This document shows, in pieces, positions 9,250-19,208 of a stretch of DNA of 64,000 nucleotides. A program made the translations under genes and the position numbers. Each line of letters starts with the position of its first letter. Within the stretch, counting starts at the first letter, position 1. Below the pieces are notes generated by a model that saw only the letters and a list, made by a program, of their open reading frames with translations, made no database searches and was not told the origin of the DNA. The stretch is taken from assembly GCA_043228905.1 (NCBI GenBank), contig JBHGNT010000001.1:16740001-16804000 (forward strand), given 5' to 3'. The stretch comes from Azolla caroliniana (lineage: Eukaryota; Plantae; Polypodiophyta).

Positions 9250-12200
9250 GTCTGCTTCGAGGTCGAGGAAAGATGGCGAGGTAGAGTGGTGATGAGAGTG
9301 AGAGCGAGAGATAGAGAGTTCCGAACGTGGGGGTTCTCTGAGTGCAAGTTCGCGTTTGGTAAGCTTCAACCGCCTTGGTGCTTCTGTGCTTCTTGGCTCG
9401 CGAAATGAAAAGGTCTCCATGCGTTCTGCTTCTTCTCTGTGCGTCTTGGCGCCTTTTTCGAGCATGCACACGTCGTATACCAATTTAGTATTAAGTAATG
9501 TGGCGGCACTTAAATGCCCACTACGTACCTTTTCGCTCCTTGCTTTCACGTCCGTTCATACCTCGATTTTTAATGATTTCTCTCTTCTTCTTTTTTTTTA
9601 TTATTATTATAAATGACGGTATGTGATCTTACACATCCGTAGGTCCCTTCGGACCCTTACCGTTTTCCTTACGGGTTGCCATGTCTTCCTTCGCCTCTGC
9701 TACGGGTTCCCCGTCGTCTTTTTCTTCCATCCGTACCGTTCCTGGACAGGTTCCCGGTATAGTGCCGGTGGGCTACATAAACGGGTTACTTGGCATCTGT
9801 CCTTTATAGGGCTTTAATCTAAATCCGTTGACCCACTTGCCTAGCACTTCACCGGCAAGTGTCCCTAACTGATAGGACCCGTTGTATTCCCGTGTCAGCC
9901 AATACGGGCCTGTCCATCTAAACCGGAGTTTACCCGGCATCTTGCCCATCCTCGTTTGGAATACTAGCACCGGCTTTCCGATTTCGAACATCTTTTCATT
10001 ACCTTTCCGGTGACGGTCAACGAACGCTTTCCGTCGTCGTTGCTCCAGTTCCATGTGTAGGATGCTGGCCAGCCGTTGCTCCTCCAGTTCGCATAGTGCT
10101 GCTAGCCGCATTTCCTCCGACTCCTTTTCATTCAGCCGTTCCCGTAGTTGGATCCGTAAGCTTGCTACCTAAAATTCCACCGGCATGACCGCCTCTAAGC
10201 CGAACGCTAACCGGAACGGCGTTGTCCGGATACTTGTTTTGTATGCCGTTCGGTACGCCCATAGCGCGCTACGGAGCTTTGTATCCCAGTCCGTCCGGTT
10301 TTCATTGACGATTTTGCGGAGAATGTTCTGGAGCGTTTTGTTGGTTGACTCTGCTAACCCGTTTGCTTGTGGGTAGTACGGTGTGCTCCGTTTATGGACC
10401 ACGGCATAGAACGTTGTTAAGCTTTCCACTACCTGGCCGAGGAAGTGCCCTCCTTGGTCGCTGATTAATTCAATCGGACATCCATATCGGCACCAAATGT
10501 TTTCGTACAGGAATTTTGTTGTGGATGACGCGGTGTTGTCTCTCAAGGCCTTAGCCTCCACCCATTTAGTGCAATAATCTGTTGCCACGATGACATAACG
10601 ATTACCCGTTCTCATTGCCGGTGGCTTGAACGGTCCGACAAAATCCAACCCCCACTTCTGGAATGGCTCTAGTGGAAGTACCGGTTGGTGTGGCATCCGT
10701 GCTTGCTCCGTAGGTTGGCCCATTCGTTGGCATAGGTCACATTCCTTAGCATACTTGACGGCGTCTTTTAACGTCGTGGGCCACCATAAGCCGCTCTGCC
10801 ATACTTTCCTCGCCGTCGCTTCCCCGGCATAGTGTCCTCCGGCAACCCCACAGTGTGCTTCCCGTAAGATTACTTGTTTCTCGTCACTACGGACTGCCCG
10901 TCTCCATATTCCATCTGCTCCCTTGTGGTAGAGAGTGTCCCGTAACAGACAGAAATTGCGGCTCTGCACCGCCAGTCGTTTCCTCTCGTCCCGGTTCATT
11001 TCCTCCGGTGGCAGGCCCGTGCTTAGGAACTGGTGCATGTTTGTCAGCCACCTATCTTCTGATGCCACCGTGCCGTCCGCTGCCGTTTCCGGGGTGATAC
11101 GGAATAATTCTGCGTCCGGGAATTCATCCGATACTCCGTCGCCTGATTCTCCGGACTCTAACCGGCTCAGGTAGTCTGCTACGGCGTGCTGGATACCGGG
11201 CCGGTGGAAGATCTCGAATTCGAACTCCTGCAACAGCAAGGTCCAACAGCAAGGTCGATGCCTGCTCGTCTGCGCACGAAAGGGGATAGGATGGAGGTGC
11301 TGCCGGAAGCACACGAGCGTTCCTCGAAGCAGCACGAGCCTCCCGAAAACCTGCAAAGAAGAGTGATGGAGAACGAACAGAGGAGAAGTGTTCGGTTTCG
11401 GTCCGACAACACTTCGTCCTCCTCAATGCCCTCCTTCTCCCCACGTCTCCCTCTCTTTTATAGCTTCAAGAAGGGAGCCGTTTCCCTCATTAACTTCCTA
11501 CCTACCGAATCTAATTACCTAGGATATACCTTTGTACCTAATTCTCTATTATATACATTAAAGGGCGCGCACACGTGAAGAGCCGGTTCACGTGCGCTAT
11601 GCACCGATTACGCTAAGGGACGGTTTTCTTCACGACATCCACCCCCACCTAACCGCGCATCCACCGGTATGGGCCAAAATTGGGTTCTGGTTGGAGAAAA
11701 CCGGTCCGGGTTCCGGTTCCTCGTCCATCGGTTCGTCCTCCATTTCGGACTGTTCGTCGTCGTTGTCCAGGCCTCTTAGATCCGGTTCGCCGTCATGGCT
11801 CTTCTTGAACGCTTTGATCTGCTTCCCTGCTATCGGTATCGCCATCCTTGTACCGTCGAGTTCCGCCAGGTGATACGTCCCGTTGTCGTTGGTGCTCGTT
11901 ACCACGTAAGGCCCGAACCACCGCTTTGCAAACTTCCGTGTTGCCCGGTGCTGGTTGTCGAGGCTGTTGTCGTAGACTAGCACCCAGTCGCCTTCCTCGA
12001 TTTTCTTTGGTCGGAGCCAGTGCGTTCGGTCGAACCGGGCTTTGTTCCTCATCCTCGCCGTCCGAAGTCTCTCCGCCACTCGTTCCACGTCCTCTGGCCT
12101 CCGCTCGAGCTGCCGTATACGCGCCGCTAGCAGTTCTTCTCGGCTCATCTCGTCTCTCCAGTCCACTGTCGCCCAAGAGGAGATCGTCTGTTCCATCGAC

Positions 12201-14361
12201 ATGATCGGCTTCTGTCCGAACATGAGCTCTGATGGCATGAACCCGGTTACCGAACTGTGCGTTGTCCGGTCCGCCCACAAGGCATAAGGTAACAGTCGTG
12301 GCCAGTTCCCGACCTGGCCTCCGCACGCCCAGACTAGCGCTTTGATGATCGGTCCATGTCCGCGCTCCAACTTCCCGTTCGCCTCCGGATTGTACGCTGT
12401 GGTGAGCGAGAGCTTCACCCCTAACCGGTCGAACAGCTCCTCGACCTCTTCGGTGTCCAACTCCCCACGGTCAGCCACGATCTTCCCGACGCACCCGTAC
12501 CGACATATCACGTCCTCGATCAGGAACCGACACACGGCCGCGGTCGTTTTGTTTTGTAGGGCTCGGCCTTCCACCTGGTTCGTTAGGTCCTCCCGGGCCA
12601 GCACCAGATATCGCATCTGCCCTACGCCCATCAGCATCGTCACCAAATCTACCATCCATTTGAAGTGGATGGCCGGAGGGTATGTAGGGTGAACCGATGC
12701 ACGAACCAATGCATGTCCCGGTACAGTCCCGGCCACCAGTACTTCCCCTTTAGTTTCTCGAACGTGGCCCACATCCCACGGTGTCCAGCCCAAGGGCTGT
12801 CGTGGTAGGCCTTCAGCAACTCCTCTTGTTCCTCCTCCATCGTCACTACTCGGAGCGGGATGTCGTTTCTCTTCTTCGGGTGCTTCCACAAGTATCCGTC
12901 CCGGAGAAAGAATCGTTATGCTTTCTTCCGGATCCAGTTGGCCTCGCTCGTTCTTTGTCCATGACACGTCCGGCGTCATCGTCCTCAAGAATCTCCCAAT
13001 CTACAGCCACTCCCCGTCGTACTTGCTCTCGTTGAAATCGTTAAGCACCGGAGTGCTCCCCCCTTCGGTTGTTACGTAAGCCGCCTCGAAGAAGTCCACG
13101 CCGACTTCCTCGTCCTCCGAAACCATGCCGCCCTCGTCGTCGAATCGCGCCCTCGAAAGCATGTCGGCCATGGCATTGTCTTTCCCGGAAATGTGTCGTA
13201 TTTCCGGATCCAGGGACTTGATGTACGCTATCCACCTGAGCATTGGCAGGTCCGGGGTTGCACATCCGGAAACCATACCGAGAATCGGCAGGCAGTTCGT
13301 CTCGATAATCACCTCTGTCCCGATTAGATAGTCTTTATCGGCCTTCACTGCCGAAATGATACCCCAGAGTTCGCGTTTAACCTGGGCGTATCCTTGCTGT
13401 CGCTCGCTCAGGACCTTCGCGCCGAACCGGATTGGGAACCGAATGCCGTCCTCATCTTCTTGGTTGACGACCCATCCGATCCCGGTCGGACTTGTATCTA
13501 CCGTTATGTAGATGGGAGTGCCTTTCTCGTAGACAGCCTTCTGGAGTGCCGGAGCTGCAGCAAGAGCCTCCTTCATCTTTCGGACCGACTCCGTATGCTC
13601 GTCTCGCCACTCGAATTTTCGCCCCTTTTTCAGCAACCCGTATAGCGGCTCGGCAACGTGGGCGTAATGCGGGATCCATATGTGGTAGAACACGCATGCT
13701 CCCAAGAACCTCCGTACCTCTGTGACCAAGTTGCCGAGATGGCTTCCACCTTAGCCGGAGACGGTTTCCGGCCATACGGTCCGCATAGATGTCCGACGAC
13801 CATAATCTCTGATTGCCCGAAGCCCGATTTCTCCCCGGAGAAGGTGAGCATCGCGTCCTCTAGCCTCTGCAGCACCCTCTCGCAGTCGTCAATGTGTGTC
13901 GCCACAAATTTCCGACGCAGTCGTCAATGTGTGTCCGACGCGACCCCCTTGATTCGCAACTCGCTGCCCTCCGATGAGGGTGCCGCGACTGGCCTTACCT
14001 TCCAGTCCACAGTCTTGTACTTCGTGTTAACCCGGGCCGTCCGATCCGACTCGAGCCCTCGACTGAAGTCCGCGATGACTTCGTACATCTCTTGTGAACA
14101 AACCGGTATCGTCCGGTCCTCTTTAAGGCCCTCTCCGACCACCTCTCTCAGTATTCCCAAGGTATCGTCGAAGGAGACCGCCTCCACGGCTCCATTAATT
14201 TCCTCGCTGGGCCCGAGAACTCCGCACGCCCGAAGTCGCTCTTCCGCCCTTGTCTTTTCTCGGCCAACGACGCCAACTATCGTACACCCTCCGTTGTCGA
14301 AGAAACAAAACTTCCTACTTATGGTACAAGGTTTCTTCGGTTTCGCCTCTATCGTACATTT

Positions 14362-14427
14362 GTGGGGTTTTCCCCGAGTGTCCGGACTATCGCGGCCCCA
14401 CGCCTTGCCAGCCCTCTCTAAAAATCC
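14362..14427 (-). promoter_or_regulatory. Putative -1 ribosomal frameshift signal: G_GAU_UUU slippery site plus H-type pseudoknot
   Basis: The gag-PR frame ends ...EDF* directly after GGATTTT; the -1 frame is open into pol; downstream stems GGGCTG/TAGTCC and GTGGGG/CCCCAC. Confidence 0.65.
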
Positions 14428-16309
14428 TCTCGGTTCTCGCCACCGAGGGACTCGCAGTTTCGCTCGTGGTTCGGTCGCACCGTCAGGAACTGGACCGAAT
14501 GACGCCCATCCTGACTCTTGAGCCTCGCGTAAGCCGACCCGTTGTCCAGCACCTTGGTCTCCATCCGTGCTGCCATAATGTACAGTTCTCCCAGTATGAC
14601 CGGGTGTGAGGACGTCTCCTGCACAAAGAAGTGTTGGTCTATCTCGACGTCGCCGATCTTGACTCGCACGTTTGGGCAGGCCCTTTGTAATTCCTCGGTG
14701 GCGCGCGTCGTAGCCCATATCTTCAACCCGTGCTTGGTGTTGATCGGCCATTTCCCCTTCTTGTAGAAGTCCATGGACATCAGGTTTATTTCCGAACCGT
14801 GGTCCACCAGCGCCACCACCGGTTCCTGAACATCTCCGATCTTGATCGGGGTTTCCGTGGTCACTCGGGCCTAGTGTGGCCTCGAATAGTGGCTCTCCGC
14901 CCACTTGTCTTCCAGCGCCATGTCCTCTATGTGCGTCGTCCGCACCTCCACCGGCCTTTCCGGTTCTGTCTCCGTCGACAGCCTCTTCCTCTTCACCAAG
15001 TCTACGATGGAGTCGTGGAACTCCTTCTTGGCGATTCCGAGCACCTCCCGCAACGACAGTTCCACCTTGCTGTCGAGGATTCGTTCTTCCAGGATCTTTC
15101 GTAGGTCCGTGGTCCTTTCGATCTCCATGCCCAACCGGTATCCGCCCTTCTTGTAGTTATCCTGGGCACTGATCTCGCCGGCCCGAATCGGGTTTCGTAT
15201 CTTTGTGAGGGTCCGGCCCCTCCGGTTTTACCTACCGGTTTGTCTTCAACCAGAGCCTCGTAGTTCTTGCAAGCTGCTTCGACGAAACCCATCTTTTCTT
15301 CGACCGGGTCACTCCACCCGGTTACCTCCTGGACCTGCTTCTCCGCGCGGTCCGCCTCATCTTTCCTTAGTCGGGCACCGGCGAGCCCTTCCAGCATTGT
15401 CAGTCAGAACCCGGCATTGCTCTCCTTCCGGGCCTCGCTGCCTCCGACCCGAATACCGGCTGACGCCGAGTAGTGGACGGTCTCCACGTGCCGGGCCGCC
15501 GCCTCTTCCATCAGCCTGTGTCAACTCCTCCAAAGCTGTTCCCCCGGACGAGCCTCTGACCACGCCGGTCGAAGCCGAACCGGTTCGAGCCACTCCCGGG
15601 TCTCTTCCCTTCGCGCCTGTGGTATCGGTTCGAGCTTCCTTGCTGCGACAGGACCCGCCCCGGTCGCCCCTATATCAGCCCACTCCCGCCGTTTGTCAAA
15701 ACGGCCGCAGACTCTTTTTACCGTGGCCCAGTCGGCCGTCAGCCCGTCTTCGGTTTCCAATAAGGAGCCCACTTGCTCCCGATCCCGTGCGTCAACCGAT
15801 TTGACAAACAGTAGGACACGACTTGTGTCCAGAATGGTCCGACCGAGCGCCAAAAGGCGCGCAAAGCGTTCCTCAAACTCCCGGAGGAGTACCGACGCAT
15901 TTCTTCCTTTGTTGGGGGACTCCACCCACTCCATGAAGCCCCGCTTTGAAAGTCGAAGCGCGTCATCCAACCCGTATTTCTCCAGGAGCCGTACTTCGAA
16001 CTCCTCCCAGGTCCGGCTCTCCACCCGGACCTCGAGCACCTCCGCATGGATGCCCGGCATCGCCACTCGAGGGAATCCGGCAAGACGCCTCTCTTCCGGA
16101 ATATCCCTCATCAACATCTCCGCCCGGTAGGACGCCAAATAACTCGTGGCATCCTTTCCACTGAACTGGCCGATCGTACCGACGATCGCCTCAATAGCCC
16201 TGTCAAGGGCGCTGGTGCCCTCGCACGCGCTCACTATCCGGTCCACGGCCAAAGCCATGGCCTCTACAAGATCCGACCCCCTCATCTTCTGCTCCTCTGC
16301 CGCCTTGTT

Positions 16310-16326
16310 TCACGTTGGGTTCACCA
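16310..16326 (-). promoter_or_regulatory. Primer binding site TGGTGAACCCAACGTGA (tRNA-Trp)
   Basis: 4 nt inside the 5' LTR end at 16331; matches the recalled plant tRNA-Trp 3' end (..TCACGTCGGGTTCACCA) with one mismatch. Confidence 0.8.
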
Positions 16327-16768
16327 AAGATGTCGCGTTACTACGCGCGTGCGTGGAGAAACGAGGTGGGACCACCGGGGTCTTGAACCAAAGAGCAGGT
16401 GATAGAAGGGGAAAGAGAAAGAGAAAGACGCTCTGTTACGTATGAGCAAAGAAACACAGGGACACGGCCCTGTCAACGCAGAAGACACGAATGGACACAG
16501 AGACAGAGAGACACGAATGTTTGTATATTAATGAATGACAAATAAACAACAGAGCAATGCCCTCCTTCTCCCCGCGTCTCCCTCTCTTTTATAGCTTCAA
16601 GAAGGGAGCCGTTTCCCTCATTAACTTCCTACCTACCGAATCTAACTACCTAGGATATACCTTTGTACCTAATTCTCTATTATATACATTAAAGGGCGCG
16701 CACGCGTGAAGAGCCAGTTCACGCGCGCTATGCACCGATTACGCTAAGGGACGGTTTTCTTCACGACA

Positions 16769-17785
16769 ACGTGCATAATGAAAATGGTGTCGCGGGCCGC
16801 GCACCAGGCAGTGGCAGATGACATGGCTGGGCTTGCCGCAATAGAGACAAAGTCCATTGTCCTGAAGATGTTGGTCTTGGGCTTCAGTTAGTGGTTGGAA
16901 CCAAGCGTAGTCGATCTCCATCGGGGTGTGGAAATCGACCTCCGTCGTGGTATGGGTATCACTGGGTGATGATAAGATTGGTGTGGGAGACAAATAGGGC
17001 CTGGCGATTGATGCGTTTCGGGAAGAAGCTTGAGACCCGTGAGACCCCCGTTCTTCTTGATGAAGTTCGAAGAGACGATTGTCACACCGGACAGCATGGG
17101 AGATTACTTGACACAACGATGTGGGCTCTGGGAAGTTTAAGAGAAGAGTCCTGACGTCATTTCGGAGACCGAGATGGAAATGGTCGCATAGGGCTTGGTC
17201 ATCCCAACTAACATCGCACACAATCTGACAGAACTTTGAGCCATAGACCGAGCCTGGACATGAGCCTTGTTGGAAAGAATAAAGCTTTGTGAGTGTCGTT
17301 CTTCATCGATCTGTCTCACCAAATGTCACTTCGAGCTCCTCATTGAAAGTGGTGAAGTTTTCTAAGAGAGGGGATGAGTTCTCGATCAAGGGTGCAAACC
17401 ACGCTTGCGCTTGCCCGAAGAGAAGTGTGCCAACAAGCCCAACCCGAGAAAATTCATTAGCATACCGTTGGGGATGTAACCAGATGATAAGCCAAACTTG
17501 GTAGATGAAGCTGCAAAGATACGCCCTCATGCCGTTGAATTTGTCAAGTAGGATGATGGTTGGTTTGAGGACATATGGATGGGAAGAGGACGTGATTGGG
17601 CTAGGTGCCGATGGTGGTTGTGATTCGGTGGGTGGTGGATTTCTTGAAATGCCGGATTGCAACTCTCGTAATGATTCCCAAAGAATTTCATTCTCTAGCT
17701 GAAGTTGTTGCAAGGATGCCATGACTTGGTTTAGGTAGTCGACGAAGCCGAACATGGTAGCAAGAAGAGGGGAAGGTGAACAAAC
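16769..17785 (-). pseudogene. Tcn1/Tf1-sushi-type chromovirus gag (degenerate)
   Basis: Rtl/PEG10-like capsid (SRVGLVGTLLFGQAQAWFAPL..FGETDR; WDDQAL..FHLGLRNDV), PMEID motif and CCHC knuckle CLYCGKPSHVICHC. Confidence 0.85.
17773..17783 (-). promoter_or_regulatory. Self-priming PBS (TTGTTCACCTT), complementary to the predicted first 11 nt of the element's own transcript
   Basis: 2 nt after an LTR end at 17786; AAGGTGAACAA lies 32 nt downstream of TATAAATA in the LTR (18022-18012, minus strand). Confidence 0.8.
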
Positions 17786-17914
17786 TGTCACGAACAAGTA
17801 TAATAGAGCAAAGCAAATAAAAGACTAAGGGATTGGCCCGTACCGATGTGCTGGACCATCGAGGCAGATCTAGACCATCTCGTCTTCGTCCACCATCACA
17901 TTGAAGGAACCGAG

Positions 17915-18315
17915 TGTCACAGACAAGTATAATAGAGCAGAGTGAAGACAAGACTAGAAACAAGAGAGAGGAAAACAAGAAGAACTCAACTTATAGAATC
18001 TGTAACTAGTGTTGTTCACCTTGATTAGAATCAAGGTGCACCTGAGTATTTATACAAGAAGGTAGGGCTATGTAAGACAGCTAGAAATAGAGTATGCATG
18101 AGGATGCATGCAATAGATAATGCATGCGAATGTGTGCGAGCTAGAAACAAGGATGCATGCAAGCTAGGAACTTCAAGTATTCAATATACACTACATGAAA
18201 TTGGATTCGTTTGATACAAGGATGCATATGTAGTTCAATTGGTAGGGTTTCCCAATAGAGACCATGAGGTTTTGGGTTCAATCCCTACCTTCCTCCGTGG
18301 CCTATGTCTATGACA
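17915..18315 (-). repeat. Complete LTR of the Tcn1-type element (401 bp, TGTCA...TGACA)
   Basis: Interrupts copia E gag; flanks CCGAG/TCGAG (degenerate 5-bp TSD); TATAAATA at 18054-18047. Confidence 0.85.
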
Positions 18316-19208
18316 TCGAGTGCGTCGCAGATCTCCCCTATGTTGCTGGTGTAGTCAGTAACCGACATGTCCCTATGCTGGATATTGTTGATCTCTTGCC
18401 GGAGCTGCAACTTTCGGGCCGTCAAGTTTCTTTCGGTGTTTTTGCATCCTTGATGTCGCCGAGCATCTAGTCGTGCACACAGGACGCGAGGTAGTACAAC
18501 ACTCTGCTCACTTCTTGCTCTTGTGCCGGGAAGTCCTTGTGTGCCTTCTCCAGTGCTACTTTATTCCCTCCTTCAACATAGCTCCAGTATCCTTGTCCAA
18601 GCAAATACTAGTGCAGCTTGTAAGATGAAGATGCGTAGTTATTCCTGTCGATTTTCTCTGCTTGAGAGATCTTGCCATTCCTCTTTCCATTTCTTTTCTT
18701 TCCGGTCTATTCTTTTCCGGAAGTTAGGTTAATCTATGGAAATAGCTTGTCGGCAGCAAATGTTCTCAATGCTCACGCTCTTATACCATGAAGAGAATTG
18801 TGTGTGGAAGTTTGTAGACTAAACCGGCTTCACCGGATAGCAATAGAGAATAAGCACAGGTTTTAATGGAAACTTTAATCACAAAGAGAGTGTACGCGGG
18901 AGAAATAGAGAGGAAGACAGAGAGAGCAAAACAAAAACTTAATTTCAAAATAATAACACTTTGTACATACAATGTGCTCAGTGAGCACTTTTATAAAAGT
19001 CCTTAAAAAGACTGACAGAAGTACTAACATGTACTTCAATGCTCTTACGGATACTGATACAAACACTGATTACACTCCGATTACACTCTAATCCGGCTCC
19101 TAGTTCCGGATACTAATACAGACACCGATTCGATTCTTTGATCTGAACTTTGATCCGGCTTTGGCTTATTTGATCGATCCGGATCCATTTCAGCTTGTCC
19201 GCTCAACA
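18316..19208 (-). mobile_element. 5' part of copia E: gag N-terminus, tRNA-iMet PBS (18777-18788) and 5' LTR (18789-19208)
   Basis: ARKLQLRQEINNIQHRDMSV gag sequence; TGGTATAAGAGC abutting the LTR; LTR starts TGTTGAGCGGACAAGC, like the LTR at 60502. Confidence 0.85.

Larger units (their letters stand above)
6118..11243 (-). mobile_element. Non-chromovirus Ty3/gypsy element C, 5'-truncated: RNaseH end, integrase, extra ORF and 3' LTR
   Basis: Integrase (HCGVAGGH..CDLC zinc finger, WGLDFVGP, ISDQG, ANGLAES) at ~9620-11243 is closely homologous to element D; LTR at 6118-6536. Confidence 0.9.
11258..16768 (-). mobile_element. Phygy-like Ty3/gypsy element B: 5' LTR 16331-16768, tRNA-Trp PBS, gag-protease, RT largely deleted, RNaseH, integrase, PPT and truncated 3' LTR 11258-11637
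   Basis: gag ATG at 16285; protease ALVDHGSEINLM (14418-14864); RNaseH VDTSPTGIG..YAQVKRELWG (13001-13729); integrase in 11630-12988; the two LTR copies match each other and 378-974. Confidence 0.92.

Noticed and set aside
6589-9549. eORF as a retroviral envelope gene or a captured host myosin/SMC gene
   Set aside because: No signal peptide, transmembrane segment or ATPase/motor motifs are visible. It is intronless and sits in the same position in two elements; the coiled-coil resemblance is compositional.
10169-11356. 395-aa ORF as a novel integrase with a unique N-terminus
   Set aside because: The N-terminus is LTR sequence of element B fused by a deletion to element C pol; it is a chance in-frame chimera.
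18220-18292. Functional tRNA gene
   Set aside because: A and B boxes are present, but the acceptor and anticodon stems do not pair convincingly.
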